A DNA stretch of 64,000 bases from Candidatus Multivorans sp. (GCA_965224025.1 OZ245033.1:4064001-4128000), one strand, 5' to 3'; shown: positions 9,525 to 19,127, numbered from the stretch's first letter. Notes: generated from the letters alone by a model not told the origin. Made by a program: numbers and translations.

Positions 9525-11470
9525 GAACCGGGACCCACCTCCACCGCCACGCCCTCGGCCTGATGACGGCGGCAACCCTCGTCTCCCTTGCCGCATGCGC
9601 ACCCGGCGGCGATCCGACGTCGACCCACGAGGAAGCGCCAAGCAGTTTCGGCGCCTACACGCGGGACGCGACCCACGACGGCGCCAACCGCTACTCCGTC
9701 TACGTGCGGATGCCGGACGGCATCCGCATTTCGGTCGACTACTTCATCCCGACCGCCGGCGGCACGGAAGCGTCGGAACCGCTGCCGACCATCCTCCACT
9801 ACACGCGCTACACCCGCGCCTTCCTGATCGAGGACGAGAACGGCGAGCCCCGGCTCATCGCCACGGGCGAAACGGACCCGGTCCTCCAGCACATGCTGCA
9901 CCGCGGCTACGCCGTCGCCGTCGCCGACGCCCGCGGCACCGGCGCCTCCTTCGGCGTTCACAACGGCGCCTTCTCGATCGAGGAAACCGCGGACTCGTTC
10001 CACATCATCGAGTGGATCGCGGCGCAGCCCTGGTCGGACGGCAACGTCGGCATGCACGGGCGTTCCTACCCCGGCATGACCCAGTACCAGGCCGCGACCC
10101 AGGCGCCGCCGGCGCTCAAGGCGATCTTCGCCGAGATGGCCGGACCGACGCCCTACGACTTCGTGTTCCGGGGCGGCACCTACAAGAACGAGTTCATCGA
10201 CACCTGGGGGTCGGGCACCATGCAAGCGGATCTGTCGACTGCTCCCGCCCCTGTCGACGAGGACCCTGACGGCGCGTTGCGCGACGCCGCGGTGGCCGAA
10301 CACGCCGCCAACCTGTGGGCGCAGGACCTCGTCGGCACCGAGGCAGCCTCCCTGCGCGACTGGACCTACGAGACGGAGAATGCCCGTGCGGACTGGGACA
10401 CCACCGGCACGATCGACGACCTGGAAGCGATCGACGCTTCGGGAATCGCGATCTACCACCTCGTCGGCTGGTACGACATCTACACGTCGCAGCAGCCGAT
10501 GCTCTACGCCAGCCTGGAGGCCGCGCCCCAGAAGATGGTCATCGGCCCCTGGGTGCACAGCGGCGGCTACGGCGGCGTCGTCCACAAGACCGAATTCCTG
10601 CGCTGGTACGACCACTGGCTCAAGGGCATCGAGAACGGCGTGATGGACGAGCCACCCGTCCACTACTACGTCATGGAGGGCGACCACACCCTGCCCGACG
10701 ATCCGGCGGTCGAAGCCAGTCTCGACGAGGAACGGAGCGAAGACGGCTCGACGTGGGTCGGCACGCACACCTGGCCGCCCGAGGGACTGGCCACGCGCCG
10801 CTTCGGAGTCGCCGCGGATTCGGTCCTCGCCAACTCCGCCAGCGATCCCGGTCAGGACGAGTACACGGTCGACTACAGCTCGGCCATGGGCTCGTTCTCC
10901 CGCTGGATGAACGGCCACGGTTCCCGGCGCCAGGACCGGCGCGGAACCACCTTCTTCGACGAGCGGTCGGCCGAGAATGAGAAGGCTCTCACCTACACGA
11001 CCGAAGCGATGGCGGAAGCGATGACGATCGTCGGATATCCGGTGCTACGGCTCAACGTGACCTCCACCCACGACGACGGCGACTTCTTCGTCTACCTGGA
11101 GGAGATCGACGCGGACGGACGCTCGCACTACGTCACCGAAGGGGCGCTTCGCGCCTCCTACCGAGTGGTCGGCGACGCGCCATGGGAGGACTTCGGCCTC
11201 CCCTTCCACCGCGGCCACGCGGAGGACCTCGAGCCGCTCCCGGACGAGCCCGCCGAACTCCTGATCGACCTGATGGGGACCGCGATCACGATCGACGAGG
11301 GCCACCGCCTGCGCCTGACGATCGCCGGCGCGGACGCCGCGAACCATGCGCTGTACCCCGACCCCGAAGGCGTTGACGCGCCGACCGTGACGGTCCACCG
11401 CGGCGGCGGCGACGATGGCTCCTGGCTGGACCTGCCGGTGGCCGCCGAACCCTTGAAGTCAACCTCGTAG
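9521..11470 (+). CDS. CocE/NonD family hydrolase (S15-like), lipoprotein
   Basis: Own RBS (GAGGAG) and ATG at 9521, lipobox LAAC, MPDGIRISVD, DARGTGASFG, nucleophile GRSYPG, GWYD and IGPWVH. Confidence 0.88.
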   Translation: MRTGTHLHRHALGLMTAATLVSLAACAPGGDPTSTHEEAPSSFGAYTRDATHDGANRYSVYVRMPDGIRISVDYFIPTAGGTEASEPLPTILHYTRYTRAFLIEDENGEPRLIATGETDPVLQHMLHRGYAVAVADARGTGASFGVHNGAFSIEETADSFHIIEWIAAQPWSDGNVGMHGRSYPGMTQYQAATQAPPALKAIFAEMAGPTPYDFVFRGGTYKNEFIDTWGSGTMQADLSTAPAPVDEDPDGALRDAAVAEHAANLWAQDLVGTEAASLRDWTYETENARADWDTTGTIDDLEAIDASGIAIYHLVGWYDIYTSQQPMLYASLEAAPQKMVIGPWVHSGGYGGVVHKTEFLRWYDHWLKGIENGVMDEPPVHYYVMEGDHTLPDDPAVEASLDEERSEDGSTWVGTHTWPPEGLATRRFGVAADSVLANSASDPGQDEYTVDYSSAMGSFSRWMNGHGSRRQDRRGTTFFDERSAENEKALTYTTEAMAEAMTIVGYPVLRLNVTSTHDDGDFFVYLEEIDADGRSHYVTEGALRASYRVVGDAPWEDFGLPFHRGHAEDLEPLPDEPAELLIDLMGTAITIDEGHRLRLTIAGADAANHALYPDPEGVDAPTVTVHRGGGDDGSWLDLPVAAEPLKSTS

Positions 11471-11556
11471 GGGGCTGCACACCCGCCAGGTTCCTCTCCA
11501 GGCGAGGCGTATCGCCAGCAAAGCCGAGGCAGCAACGCTTGTCCGGCCGCTCCGCA

Positions 11557-12039
11557 TCACGAGAGCAGCCGTCGATCCCACCACACGGGCGTCTCCAGCC
11601 CGACCTCGATTCGCAGACCCTCGTACTCCGGGTGGCGGGTGTTGATCACCACGTTGCGCTCCATGCGCGCGACGACCGACGGCACGACGAGGACGACGCT
11701 GCGGCGCTCCCGGTACCACGCGCTGCCGAAGCGCCGGGCCGCGTCCTCGTCGGGATGGAAACACTCCGGCAGAACGTCGGGCGTGACGACCTCGTAGCTG
11801 GTTCCCGCGGGTATGGCAGCCTCCACGAAGTGCTGGTTGCGCGGCGTCGTGAGGTGCCAGCGCGCGAGCACCTCGAGCAGGGCGGTCGAGTAGCTCGCAG
11901 AGGCGTAGATCACCTCGGCGCCGTACTCGTGCCATCGGCCCGAGGAGCGACGAGCCCCGTCCGCGCCCCACACCGGGAACACTCCGTTCGCGTCGCCGAC
12001 GCGAAAGACGCGCATCGGCGCCGCCAGAACAGGCGCCAT
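11557..12039 (-). CDS. RES-domain toxin (NAD+ phosphorylase family)
   Basis: R-E-S residues present (FRV...GRW...IYASASYSTALLE...VPS...NVVIN). TGATG overlap with the upstream antitoxin. Confidence 0.85.
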   Translation of the reverse strand: MAPVLAAPMRVFRVGDANGVFPVWGADGARRSSGRWHEYGAEVIYASASYSTALLEVLARWHLTTPRNQHFVEAAIPAGTSYEVVTPDVLPECFHPDEDAARRFGSAWYRERRSVVLVVPSVVARMERNVVINTRHPEYEGLRIEVGLETPVWWDRRLLS

Positions 12040-12527
12040 CAGACGGGAATGCCGGCCTGGGCCCTGCGAATCAGCTTCAGCACGGCCCGCGCGCCCGCGG
12101 CGCCGGAGCACGCCACCTCGAGCGGCGCCCGGTTCTCCAGCAGAGGATGCCGATTGGTCAGAAAGGCCTCGATCAGTTCCCGCTCCCCGTGGTACGCCCG
12201 GCTCAACACGTCGACGACGCGTACCAGTTCGTAGAGCCTCTCGCTCATCTCTCTCGACAGCGGCTTGCCCGCGTTGCGGGCGCGCCGCAGCGTCGCCTCG
12301 GGAATCACCGGTCCCACGACGTTACTCCGGCCGAGAACGTCGACCAGCACCGAGGCAGCCTCCGGGTGCAATCCGCGGCCGACGCGGTCCGCGAGCTGAA
12401 CGTCGCTCAGCACTTCGGCGGCCTCGATCCCGAGGAGCGCCGCCACGCGGCCAGTCTCCGTTAGCGGGAGGTCCGCCGGGGCGGCGTAGGACTCGAGTAC
12501 GGCTGCTTTCTCGGCTTGACTCGTCAT
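12039..12527 (-). CDS. Xre/MbcA/ParS-type antitoxin
   Basis: HTH-like ATLRRAR...LSREMSERLY and a C-terminal FLTNRHPLLENRAPL...GARAV, directly upstream of the RES gene. Confidence 0.82.
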   Translation of the reverse strand: MTSQAEKAAVLESYAAPADLPLTETGRVAALLGIEAAEVLSDVQLADRVGRGLHPEAASVLVDVLGRSNVVGPVIPEATLRRARNAGKPLSREMSERLYELVRVVDVLSRAYHGERELIEAFLTNRHPLLENRAPLEVACSGAAGARAVLKLIRRAQAGIPV

Positions 12528-12559
12528 TCGACGAATCTAGGCCAGTCACCTGACGCCTG

Positions 12560-13312
12560 TCAAGAGCTCATCACCAGTGCCCAAAGTCGCCAGGTAGCGG
12601 CACCCCCCGAGCCGTCAGCATCGCATGTGATCGCGTACCAGCCAACGAGGGTTGCTACTACGCCCGCATCGCGGTCGAGCGTCGCACGGAGCCGCAGGTC
12701 TCCGCTGCGCTCCGTTCCCTCCGCGCCGTCCCGCCGTTCGAGTTCGACATCCGAGAACCCGAGCACCCGGCGGTGGATTGGAAACAGGGCCTTGTACACG
12801 CTCTCCTTGGCCGAGAACGCCAACGTGAACATCTCCTCCCTGGTCAGATCGCCGTTCTCGCCCCAGCGGAGATCCAGTTCCCGATCGGTCAACACCCGCG
12901 GTCCGAGACGCGAAGCCTGACCCGCCGAAACGACACGTTCCACGTCGACGCCGAGACCCCGGCAACGGCTCGCGGAGGCGACCGCCGCGAAGCCGAAGCC
13001 GGCGCCGTGGGAAATCGAACCGACCACCCCCTCCGGCCACAGCGGGACATCGTCGTCGTCCGCGGCGACATCGCCCTCGGCGACGGCAGTTCCCAACAGG
13101 TCCGACAGCGCGCGCCGCGCGCTGATGCGACCCGCCAGGTACTCCCGGCGACGCTTGTCGATGGCGCGTTCGAGGGAGGCGGGCAGAGCGATCCCCAGCC
13201 GAACCGCCTCGTCGTCGAGGTCCTCCAGTCGATCGATCCTGCGCGCGGCCGCGCTGATGCCGCGAGGAAGGTGGCGAGCCAGGCTCCCGGGAATCCCCGC
13301 GGCGGAGTTCAC
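12560..13312 (-). CDS. 4'-phosphopantetheinyl transferase (EntD-like)
   Basis: KRRREYLAGR, PLWPEGVVGSISH, GLGVDVE and FSAKESVYKA motifs. The GTG start overlaps the upstream TGA. Confidence 0.88.
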   Translation of the reverse strand: MNSAAGIPGSLARHLPRGISAAARRIDRLEDLDDEAVRLGIALPASLERAIDKRRREYLAGRISARRALSDLLGTAVAEGDVAADDDDVPLWPEGVVGSISHGAGFGFAAVASASRCRGLGVDVERVVSAGQASRLGPRVLTDRELDLRWGENGDLTREEMFTLAFSAKESVYKALFPIHRRVLGFSDVELERRDGAEGTERSGDLRLRATLDRDAGVVATLVGWYAITCDADGSGGAATWRLWALVMSS

Positions 13313-13797
13313 GCCAGGAAGTAGCGCCGCTGCTCCGGCGTCGGCACGGGGCACTCGGCCAACCGCCGCCCGACGCGGCGGCGGTTCCGCGCCACCAACC
13401 GGTAGCCCCAGTCCAGGACCGCCCGGGGCGCCACCCACGGAAGCAGTGCCAGCCAGCGCTCCGGCCCCCGCAACTGGGACGCCAGCCAGATCACCGCCTC
13501 GCTGCGCACCCGGATCTCACCCAGTGGAGACCCGGTTGAAGAAACGTCGTCGACCGCGTCGGCGGCCGCCGTGCCGGTCGCGGCGGGCAAGCTCTGGATC
13601 ACCATGCTGTCGAGCCCGGCGAGGTCGGGCCGCATCCCGGTCAGGCGCTTGAACAACTCACCGTCCCGAGGCGCGAAGCGGACCCCGGACGGTACTCCCC
13701 GAGCCAGACACCGGGCCACCGACCAGTTGCAGAGCGCACAGTCGCCGTCGTAGTAGACGATGACGCTGGCCGGCCAAGGCTCGTGACGCTCGTCCAT
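13309..13797 (-). CDS. DCC1-like thiol-disulfide oxidoreductase (DUF393)
   Basis: N-terminal YYDGDCALC, plus YRLVARNRRR and a C-terminal C-P-P...F-L pattern. Confidence 0.85.
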   Translation of the reverse strand: MDERHEPWPASVIVYYDGDCALCNWSVARCLARGVPSGVRFAPRDGELFKRLTGMRPDLAGLDSMVIQSLPAATGTAAADAVDDVSSTGSPLGEIRVRSEAVIWLASQLRGPERWLALLPWVAPRAVLDWGYRLVARNRRRVGRRLAECPVPTPEQRRYFLA

Positions 13798-13845
13798 GGC
13801 CTTCATTCTACGGTTGCGGCGTCACCGGACGACCGGTACGCGCAC

Positions 13846-14355
13846 CTACCTGTTGGCCGCTTCGTCGAGGACTCGCAGGAAGGTCCTGCCGCTCATCAGT
13901 TGCGGCGAACCGTCGACCATCTCCATGCGCTCGACGTACGAAGCGGTCCGGCCGTCTGCGCTGTACATCACCAGAGTCGGATAGCCGCGCACTCCGAACT
14001 GCCGGGCCAACTGGCTCTCGCGGCCGCCCGACTCGGGGTTGAGACGCACGGCGACCACCGCATCAAGGTAGCTGTCGACCTCGGAGTCCGAGAGCAGCTC
14101 CCGCTCGAACTGCCCGCAGTAGGGGCACCAATCGGTGTAGATGTAGAGGAACAGGGGCAGGTTGTCGCGCTGCCGCACCTCGAACGCCTCGGCCAGGCCC
14201 GCAGCTCCCTCGTACCAGCCCTCGAAGTCGGGGCGGCCGGGCGTGTCCGCCGCCGCTGCCGGGAGCGCTTGCGCGAGGAGCGCCACGAAAGCGGCCACGA
14301 CGAGAACCGCGAGCGCTCCCAGACCCCACCGCCGCATGCCGGGACAGGACGTCAT
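13846..14355 (-). CDS. Exported thioredoxin-fold protein
   Basis: Signal peptide, WCPYC and FGVRGYPT. The start could be 14355 or 14337. Confidence 0.8.
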   Translation of the reverse strand: MTSCPGMRRWGLGALAVLVVAAFVALLAQALPAAAADTPGRPDFEGWYEGAAGLAEAFEVRQRDNLPLFLYIYTDWCPYCGQFERELLSDSEVDSYLDAVVAVRLNPESGGRESQLARQFGVRGYPTLVMYSADGRTASYVERMEMVDGSPQLMSGRTFLRVLDEAANR

Positions 14356-14371
14356 GGCGAGCCAGAGGCTA

Positions 14372-16042
14372 TCACCCGGCCGCTGCCGCGCCGTGGTTCG
14401 TGGCGGCGCCCGGCAGCAGGGGCGTAGCCCGTCCCATCGCTTCCTCGGCACGCGCGATGAGCTGGTTCAGACCTGCCCGCGTGCGCGCGCTGACGCCGAT
14501 CGCGTCGAGCCGATCCGCCAGCAGCCGGGCGCGCTCCTCTGTCACCAGATCGCACTTGTTCAACACCACCAGGAGCGGCTTCGAGCTGAGCGACAGCTCG
14601 TCGATCAACCCTTCCACCGCCTCCGCCTTGGTGCGCCAAGCCGGATCGGAGGCATCGACGACGTGCAGCAGCAGATCCGCATCGCCGAGCTCCTCCAACG
14701 TGGCGCGAAACGCCCGCACCAGGTCGGGAGGGAGTTCGGCGATGAAACCGACCGTGTCGGTGATCACGACCTCGCCCTCCCTCGGAAAGCGAATCCGCCG
14801 GCTGGTCGGGTCCAGGGTCACGAAGAGCTGCGACGCGGTTTCCACCGAACTCCGGGTCAGCGCGTTGAGGAGCGTGCTCTTGCCGGCGTTCGTGTAGCCG
14901 ATCAGGGACAGCACCGGCACCCGCCGGTCGCGCCGCCGGCTGCGGGCAACGTCCCGCTGCCGCGACAGCCGTTCGACCTGCTTCTCGAGCTTGCGGATCC
15001 GGTCGCGAATACGACGGCGACCCACCTCGAGCACGGTTTCGCCCGGCCCTCGGCCGCCGATGCCTCCCGCGAGCCGGGACAGTCCCTTGTCTTTCTCGGT
15101 CAGCCGCGGCAGGGAGTACTGCAACTGGGCCAGTTCGACCTGCAGCTTGCCGTCCCGCGAGCGGGCACGCTGCGCGAACACGTCCAGAATCAGTTGGGTG
15201 CGGTCGATCGCCTTCAGGCCGGTCGCGTCCTCGAAAGCCCGAGCCTGCGCGGGCTTCAGGTCGATGTCGAAGATCGCGACCTCAGCGCCCGCGCGCATGC
15301 TCTGCAGCACGATTTCCGTCAGCTTGCCCCGCCCCACGACGGTCCGCGGATGAATACGCGAACGGCGCTGACGCATCACGCCCGCGACTTCGACACCGGC
15401 CGAGCGCACGAGCTCGACCGTCTCCCTGAAGTGGCCGTCGTCCGGCCGGACGCCGATCACGAGGGCACGCTCGCGCTGCGCTTCGCGGCCGCCGCGCCGC
15501 CGGCCCATTTCCCGTTCGACGGCCCGGATGGTCGCCGCGAAGTCGAGGTCCAGTTCGTAGACCTGCGGCGCGTCGACGCGAAGGAACTGCGCCGACCCGG
15601 CAGTGACGTCCGCGGCGGGTTCGGGCGCCAGGTAAGCCACTTCGATACCGCCCGCGGAACCGTCCTCGAGGGCCTGGACCACCGCGACCATGTCCAGTCG
15701 CAGCAGGGCCAGGTCGTTCAGGTCGTCGGCGGTCAGACTCTCGCCCCGCAGGTGGGTATGGACGAGACGCAGCCGCCGGAAGCGTCCCGGGCCTCCCCTG
15801 AGACGCCCGATGTCCGGAATCTCGAGCTGCCTGGCATCGCCGACGATCACCTTGCTGACCGCGCCGTCGCGGGTCAACAGCACGCCGACCTGACGTCCGA
15901 TCTCTCGGGACAGCGAGCACAGATGCCGGGCCAGCTCGGTCGACACCACCTGGTCCGGGCGGACCTTCCGCCGGTAGGTGCGCTCGAGAGCGCCTCGCTG
16001 CGCGGCCTTGAGTCCGCGAACGTCGCCGTGAAGGGGTCTCAT
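14372..16042 (-). CDS. hflX: GTPase HflX, long form
   Basis: [48 protein letters not shown] and NKCD. Confidence 0.95.
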   Translation of the reverse strand: MRPLHGDVRGLKAAQRGALERTYRRKVRPDQVVSTELARHLCSLSREIGRQVGVLLTRDGAVSKVIVGDARQLEIPDIGRLRGGPGRFRRLRLVHTHLRGESLTADDLNDLALLRLDMVAVVQALEDGSAGGIEVAYLAPEPAADVTAGSAQFLRVDAPQVYELDLDFAATIRAVEREMGRRRGGREAQRERALVIGVRPDDGHFRETVELVRSAGVEVAGVMRQRRSRIHPRTVVGRGKLTEIVLQSMRAGAEVAIFDIDLKPAQARAFEDATGLKAIDRTQLILDVFAQRARSRDGKLQVELAQLQYSLPRLTEKDKGLSRLAGGIGGRGPGETVLEVGRRRIRDRIRKLEKQVERLSRQRDVARSRRRDRRVPVLSLIGYTNAGKSTLLNALTRSSVETASQLFVTLDPTSRRIRFPREGEVVITDTVGFIAELPPDLVRAFRATLEELGDADLLLHVVDASDPAWRTKAEAVEGLIDELSLSSKPLLVVLNKCDLVTEERARLLADRLDAIGVSARTRAGLNQLIARAEEAMGRATPLLPGAATNHGAAAAG

Positions 16043-16082
16043 TCGGGCCAACCGCCGGTCTTGAGTCGCAAAGTCAAGAAAC

Positions 16083-16442
16083 TGCTATGCTTGCCGCCTC
16101 GGCGGCGACGCTGGCCCCACTTGGCACGCGCCGCGCACTCGACAGTACGAGTCAGCGCTTGGCTTCAGCCTTTGTCCTTTAGACAGTCCGTCCATTCAGA
16201 GACGACTCAGGTCGCCCGAGGGCCGTCTAGACAGCCCGTGGTGCACTCAAGGCTACACCCGCCGCCGACTGGAATGACGATCCGGTTCTTCAAGCTTCTC
16301 GCGCAGGTGGAACTGCAGCGAACGCGGGACAGCCGCCCAGCGGATTCCGTTCACGGAATCCCGCCGTGGCCCGGCGCCCGCGCAACCGGAAGCGTCCCAC
16401 CCGATTCAACCGACGGCGCACTCGCCGTCACCCGGAGACTTT
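16083..16442 (+). promoter_or_regulatory. Putative extended -10 promoter and ~345-nt structured leader of the RNase E/G gene
   Basis: TGCTATGCT at 16083-16091, hairpins at 16342-16361 and 16412-16429, and no convincing ORF. Confidence 0.45.
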
Positions 16443-18410
16443 GTGACCCGAAGAATGCTCATCAACGCGCAGAGCTCGACCGAGCTCCGCATCGCCATCG
16501 CCAACGACTCGGTACTCGAAGACCTGAAGGTCGAGATCGCCGAGCGGGGCCTGACCCGCGGCAACATCTACTACGGCAAGATCGCCAACATCGAGCCGAG
16601 CCTGAACGCCGCCTTCATCGACTACGGCGCCCCCAAGCACGGCTTCCTGGCCATCCAGGATGTCGTGCCCGACGCGTACTACCAGGCGGCGTCTAAGTCC
16701 CATCGACCCAAGATCGAGGACGTACTCGTCCGCGGCCGCCCGATCGTGGTTCAGATCACGCGCGAGCCGGAGGGTGCCAAGGGCGCTGCCCTGACCACGA
16801 ACCTGAGTCTGGCGGGGCGCTATCTGGTGCTTTCGCCCTTCGACAAGACCAGTGGCGTTTCCCGAAAGGTCGACACCGAGGAGGTTCGCCTCAAGCTGAA
16901 GGCGATGGCGGAGTCGCTGCCGGTGCCGGACGGCGGCGGCGTGATCGTGCGCACCAACGCCCTGGGCCAGACGAAGACGGCCCTCAGCCGGGACATGAAC
17001 GCACTGCTCCGGCTATGGAAGCGCATCTCCCGGGACGCCCGCGATTCCAAGGGCACGAGGCTCCTCTACAGCGATCAGGACATCGTGCTGCAGGGGCTGC
17101 GCGACTATCTCGACAGCGCGATCGAGGAGGTCTGGGTCGACGAAGACACCGCCCACGGACGCGCCGAGCAGTACATGCGCGCCTTCATGCCGCGCAGCAA
17201 GACGGTGCTGCACCGCTACACGGGCCGCAAGCCGCTGTTCTCGGTCTACGAATTGGAGCCTCAGATCGAGAACATCTTCGAACGCCGGGCGGACCTGCCC
17301 TCGGGCGGCTCGATCGTGATCGATCCGACCGAGGCCCTGACCGCCATCGACGTCAACTCGGGCCGCTCCAAGAAGGCGTCGAGCCAGGAGGAGACGGCGG
17401 CGAACACGAACGTCGAGGCCGCGGCGGAAGTCGGCCGGCAACTCCGCCTGCGGGACATCGGCGGCCTGATCGTGGTCGATTTCATCGACATGCGCAGTCT
17501 GCGCAACCGGCGCAAGGTCGAGAAGGCGATGAAGGACGCGATGAAGGCGGACAAGGCGCGCTCCAGTGTCGGCCGGATCAGCGCCAACGGACTGCTCGAG
17601 ATCAACCGCCAACGGATCCACCAGGCGCTCCAGTTGCGCACCCACGGCGACTGCCCCAACTGCGCCGGCACCGGCCGCGTCGCCAGTCCGGACCTGGTCG
17701 CCCTGCGCCTTCTCCGCAACATCGAGTCCCACGGCGCCGGCGGCTACATGCGGGGCGTGCAGATCGCCCTGCAGCCGGAGCTTGCCAACTTCCTCCAGAA
17801 CCGGCATCGCGAGGCACTCGTCAATCTGGCCAGGGAATTCGATATCGAGATCGAGATCGCAGGGCAGCCGCAAATGGAGGGCCGTGAGCCGGAGATCAGT
17901 TGGATCGCCCGCGACCTGGCCGAAGTGAAGAAGAGGGAGAAGGAAGAGGCCAAGGAGAAGAGGCTGGAGCAGGAAATGCTCGCCACTCCCTCGATCGGCG
18001 ACACCGACGAAGAAGGCGAGGCGGCCGCCGGCGACAGCGCGGCCGAAGGCGCACCGAAGCGCCGCCGGCGCCGGGGCGGACGCAGGCGGCGGTCCGGGAC
18101 CGCGCGCAAGGGGAAGGCGAAGGACGAGGCCCGCAAGAAGGACGGCGCCGCCAAGCAGGCGAAGAAGAGCGAGAAAGCACCCGCCAAGGCGAAGAAGACG
18201 GCGGGGACGGCCGCAATCAAGGTCCCCGGCATCGACACTCCGGCGGCGGACGCAGCGCCCGGCGGAAACGGCAAGGCCGGCGACGCAGCCGCGGCGAGCG
18301 GCAACGGCGCGCCCCGCACGACCAAGCGGCGGCGACGCCGACGCCGGCCCCGCCGGCCCCAGGCCGCCGCGGCAAGCGGTGAGTCACCGCCGGCCGAGAC
18401 GAGTCCCTGA
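16443..18410 (+). CDS. rne: Ribonuclease E/G family (Rne/Rng)
   Basis: S1 domain (GNIYYG, AAFIDYG), IDVNSG, RQLRLRDIGGLIVVDFIDM, Zn-link CPNCAGTG and an Arg/Lys-rich disordered C-terminus. Confidence 0.9.
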   Translation: MTRRMLINAQSSTELRIAIANDSVLEDLKVEIAERGLTRGNIYYGKIANIEPSLNAAFIDYGAPKHGFLAIQDVVPDAYYQAASKSHRPKIEDVLVRGRPIVVQITREPEGAKGAALTTNLSLAGRYLVLSPFDKTSGVSRKVDTEEVRLKLKAMAESLPVPDGGGVIVRTNALGQTKTALSRDMNALLRLWKRISRDARDSKGTRLLYSDQDIVLQGLRDYLDSAIEEVWVDEDTAHGRAEQYMRAFMPRSKTVLHRYTGRKPLFSVYELEPQIENIFERRADLPSGGSIVIDPTEALTAIDVNSGRSKKASSQEETAANTNVEAAAEVGRQLRLRDIGGLIVVDFIDMRSLRNRRKVEKAMKDAMKADKARSSVGRISANGLLEINRQRIHQALQLRTHGDCPNCAGTGRVASPDLVALRLLRNIESHGAGGYMRGVQIALQPELANFLQNRHREALVNLAREFDIEIEIAGQPQMEGREPEISWIARDLAEVKKREKEEAKEKRLEQEMLATPSIGDTDEEGEAAAGDSAAEGAPKRRRRRGGRRRRSGTARKGKAKDEARKKDGAAKQAKKSEKAPAKAKKTAGTAAIKVPGIDTPAADAAPGGNGKAGDAAAASGNGAPRTTKRRRRRRRPRRPQAAAASGESPPAETSP

Positions 18411-18558
18411 CAGGCGCCGGCAGCGCCTCGCACCTGGGAACGCTGGCATCCTGCCCGCACCCGGCGCGAAGCGACGATCCGCGACGCCGGAGATTCCGGC
18501 AACGCCTCGCACCGCTGGCCTACCTACTTAGCTACTAACCCCCTGAAAACACGGAGGT

Positions 18559-18588
18559 TTGACAAGGACCCGGCGAATCCATAACTAT
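18559..18588 (+). promoter_or_regulatory. Sigma70-type promoter
   Basis: TTGACA (18559-18564), a 17-bp spacer, then TAACTA(T). The -35 is perfect and the -10 is imperfect. Confidence 0.55.
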
Positions 18589-18716
18589 CGCGTCGTAGTC
18601 GTTCCGCTCGCGTCGCGAGGCGTTGGCGGCGGTTTCGGGGTCAATCGGGGCGATCCCGCGACTGGGTGGGGTGGGACCCACCACTTTGTGGATGTGCCCG
18701 GAAAGGAGGTGGTCTA

Positions 18717-18761
18717 GTGGAGTACTGCAGATGCGGCTTGATGGAGGTGGCGGCTCCCTAG
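18717..18761 (+). CDS. Putative 14-aa small peptide MEYCRCGLMEVAAP
   Basis: Near-perfect SD GAAAGGAGGT (18701-18710) lies 6 nt before the GTG start; the stop is TAG. Confidence 0.5.
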   Translation: MEYCRCGLMEVAAP

Positions 18762-18831
18762 GTAACCCCTGTTTGGCGTAGGGCATCTCCTTCGGGAAGC
18801 ATTCCCACGCCATCCCATCGGCCAAAAGCCC

Positions 18832-18967
18832 GGGTGGCGCGATCGGCGCCATCCGTGAAACAGTCCATGCGTCCGTCAGCGGACGCTTGGATGACACCAG
18901 GGTGGCGCGATCCGCGCCACCCGTGAACCGATCCGGGCACCCGTCATCGGGTGCACGGCTGGCACGC
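18832..18967 (+). repeat. Tandem 2 x 68-nt repeat, each unit forming two hairpins
   Basis: Units start at 18832 and 18900. Each reads GGGTGGCGC-GATCS-GCGCCAYCC-GTGAA followed by a second hairpin with a TCAK loop. Confidence 0.85.
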
Positions 18968-19006
18968 TTGACCGAGCTGCGGATACCGCGGTCCAAGAGC
19001 GTCGAC

Positions 19007-19047
19007 GGAGCCCCGAGGCGCATCCGCCCTCGGGGCTCCTTTTCTTT
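19007..19047 (+). terminator. Rho-independent terminator
   Basis: 12-bp stem GGAGCCCCGAGG/CCTCGGGGCTCC followed by TTTTCTTT. Confidence 0.85.
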
Positions 19048-19127
19048 CCGGTTCAGCGTCGCCTCTTCCCCTCAGCCCGCGGTTCCGTACAATCGCCCAC
19101 CTCACCTTCCAACGGCGGAGACTGAAC

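Larger units (their letters stand above)
18594..19047 (+). ncRNA. Putative ~450-nt structured RNA of unknown family containing a small ORF
   Basis: Lies between a promoter and an intrinsic terminator, has many hairpins and contains a tandem repeat with compensatory changes. Confidence 0.55.

Noticed and set aside
7310-11470. 1386-aa PQQ dehydrogenase-CocE fusion protein
   Set aside because: It results from a 1-nt insertion near 9278. The true dehydrogenase C-terminus is in another frame, and the hydrolase has its own RBS, ATG and lipoprotein signal.
14162-16696. Long antisense or off-frame ORFs (also 19053-21437, 48270-50960, 53905-56274 and others)
   Set aside because: These are shadow ORFs expected at high GC. 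They overlap well-supported genes and contain no recognisable motifs.
18056-18360. Arg-rich low-complexity repeats in the RNase E tail as a novel feature
   Set aside because: Arg-rich disordered RNA-binding segments are normal in RNase E C-terminal regions.
18594-19047. tmRNA, RNase P RNA, SRP RNA, or a c-di-GMP or guanidine-II riboswitch
   Set aside because: No tRNA-like ends or T-arm, no GAGGAAAGUCC, no SRP domain IV motif, no ACGR loops and no convincing c-di-GMP aptamer. This was judged by eye only; an Rfam scan is still needed.
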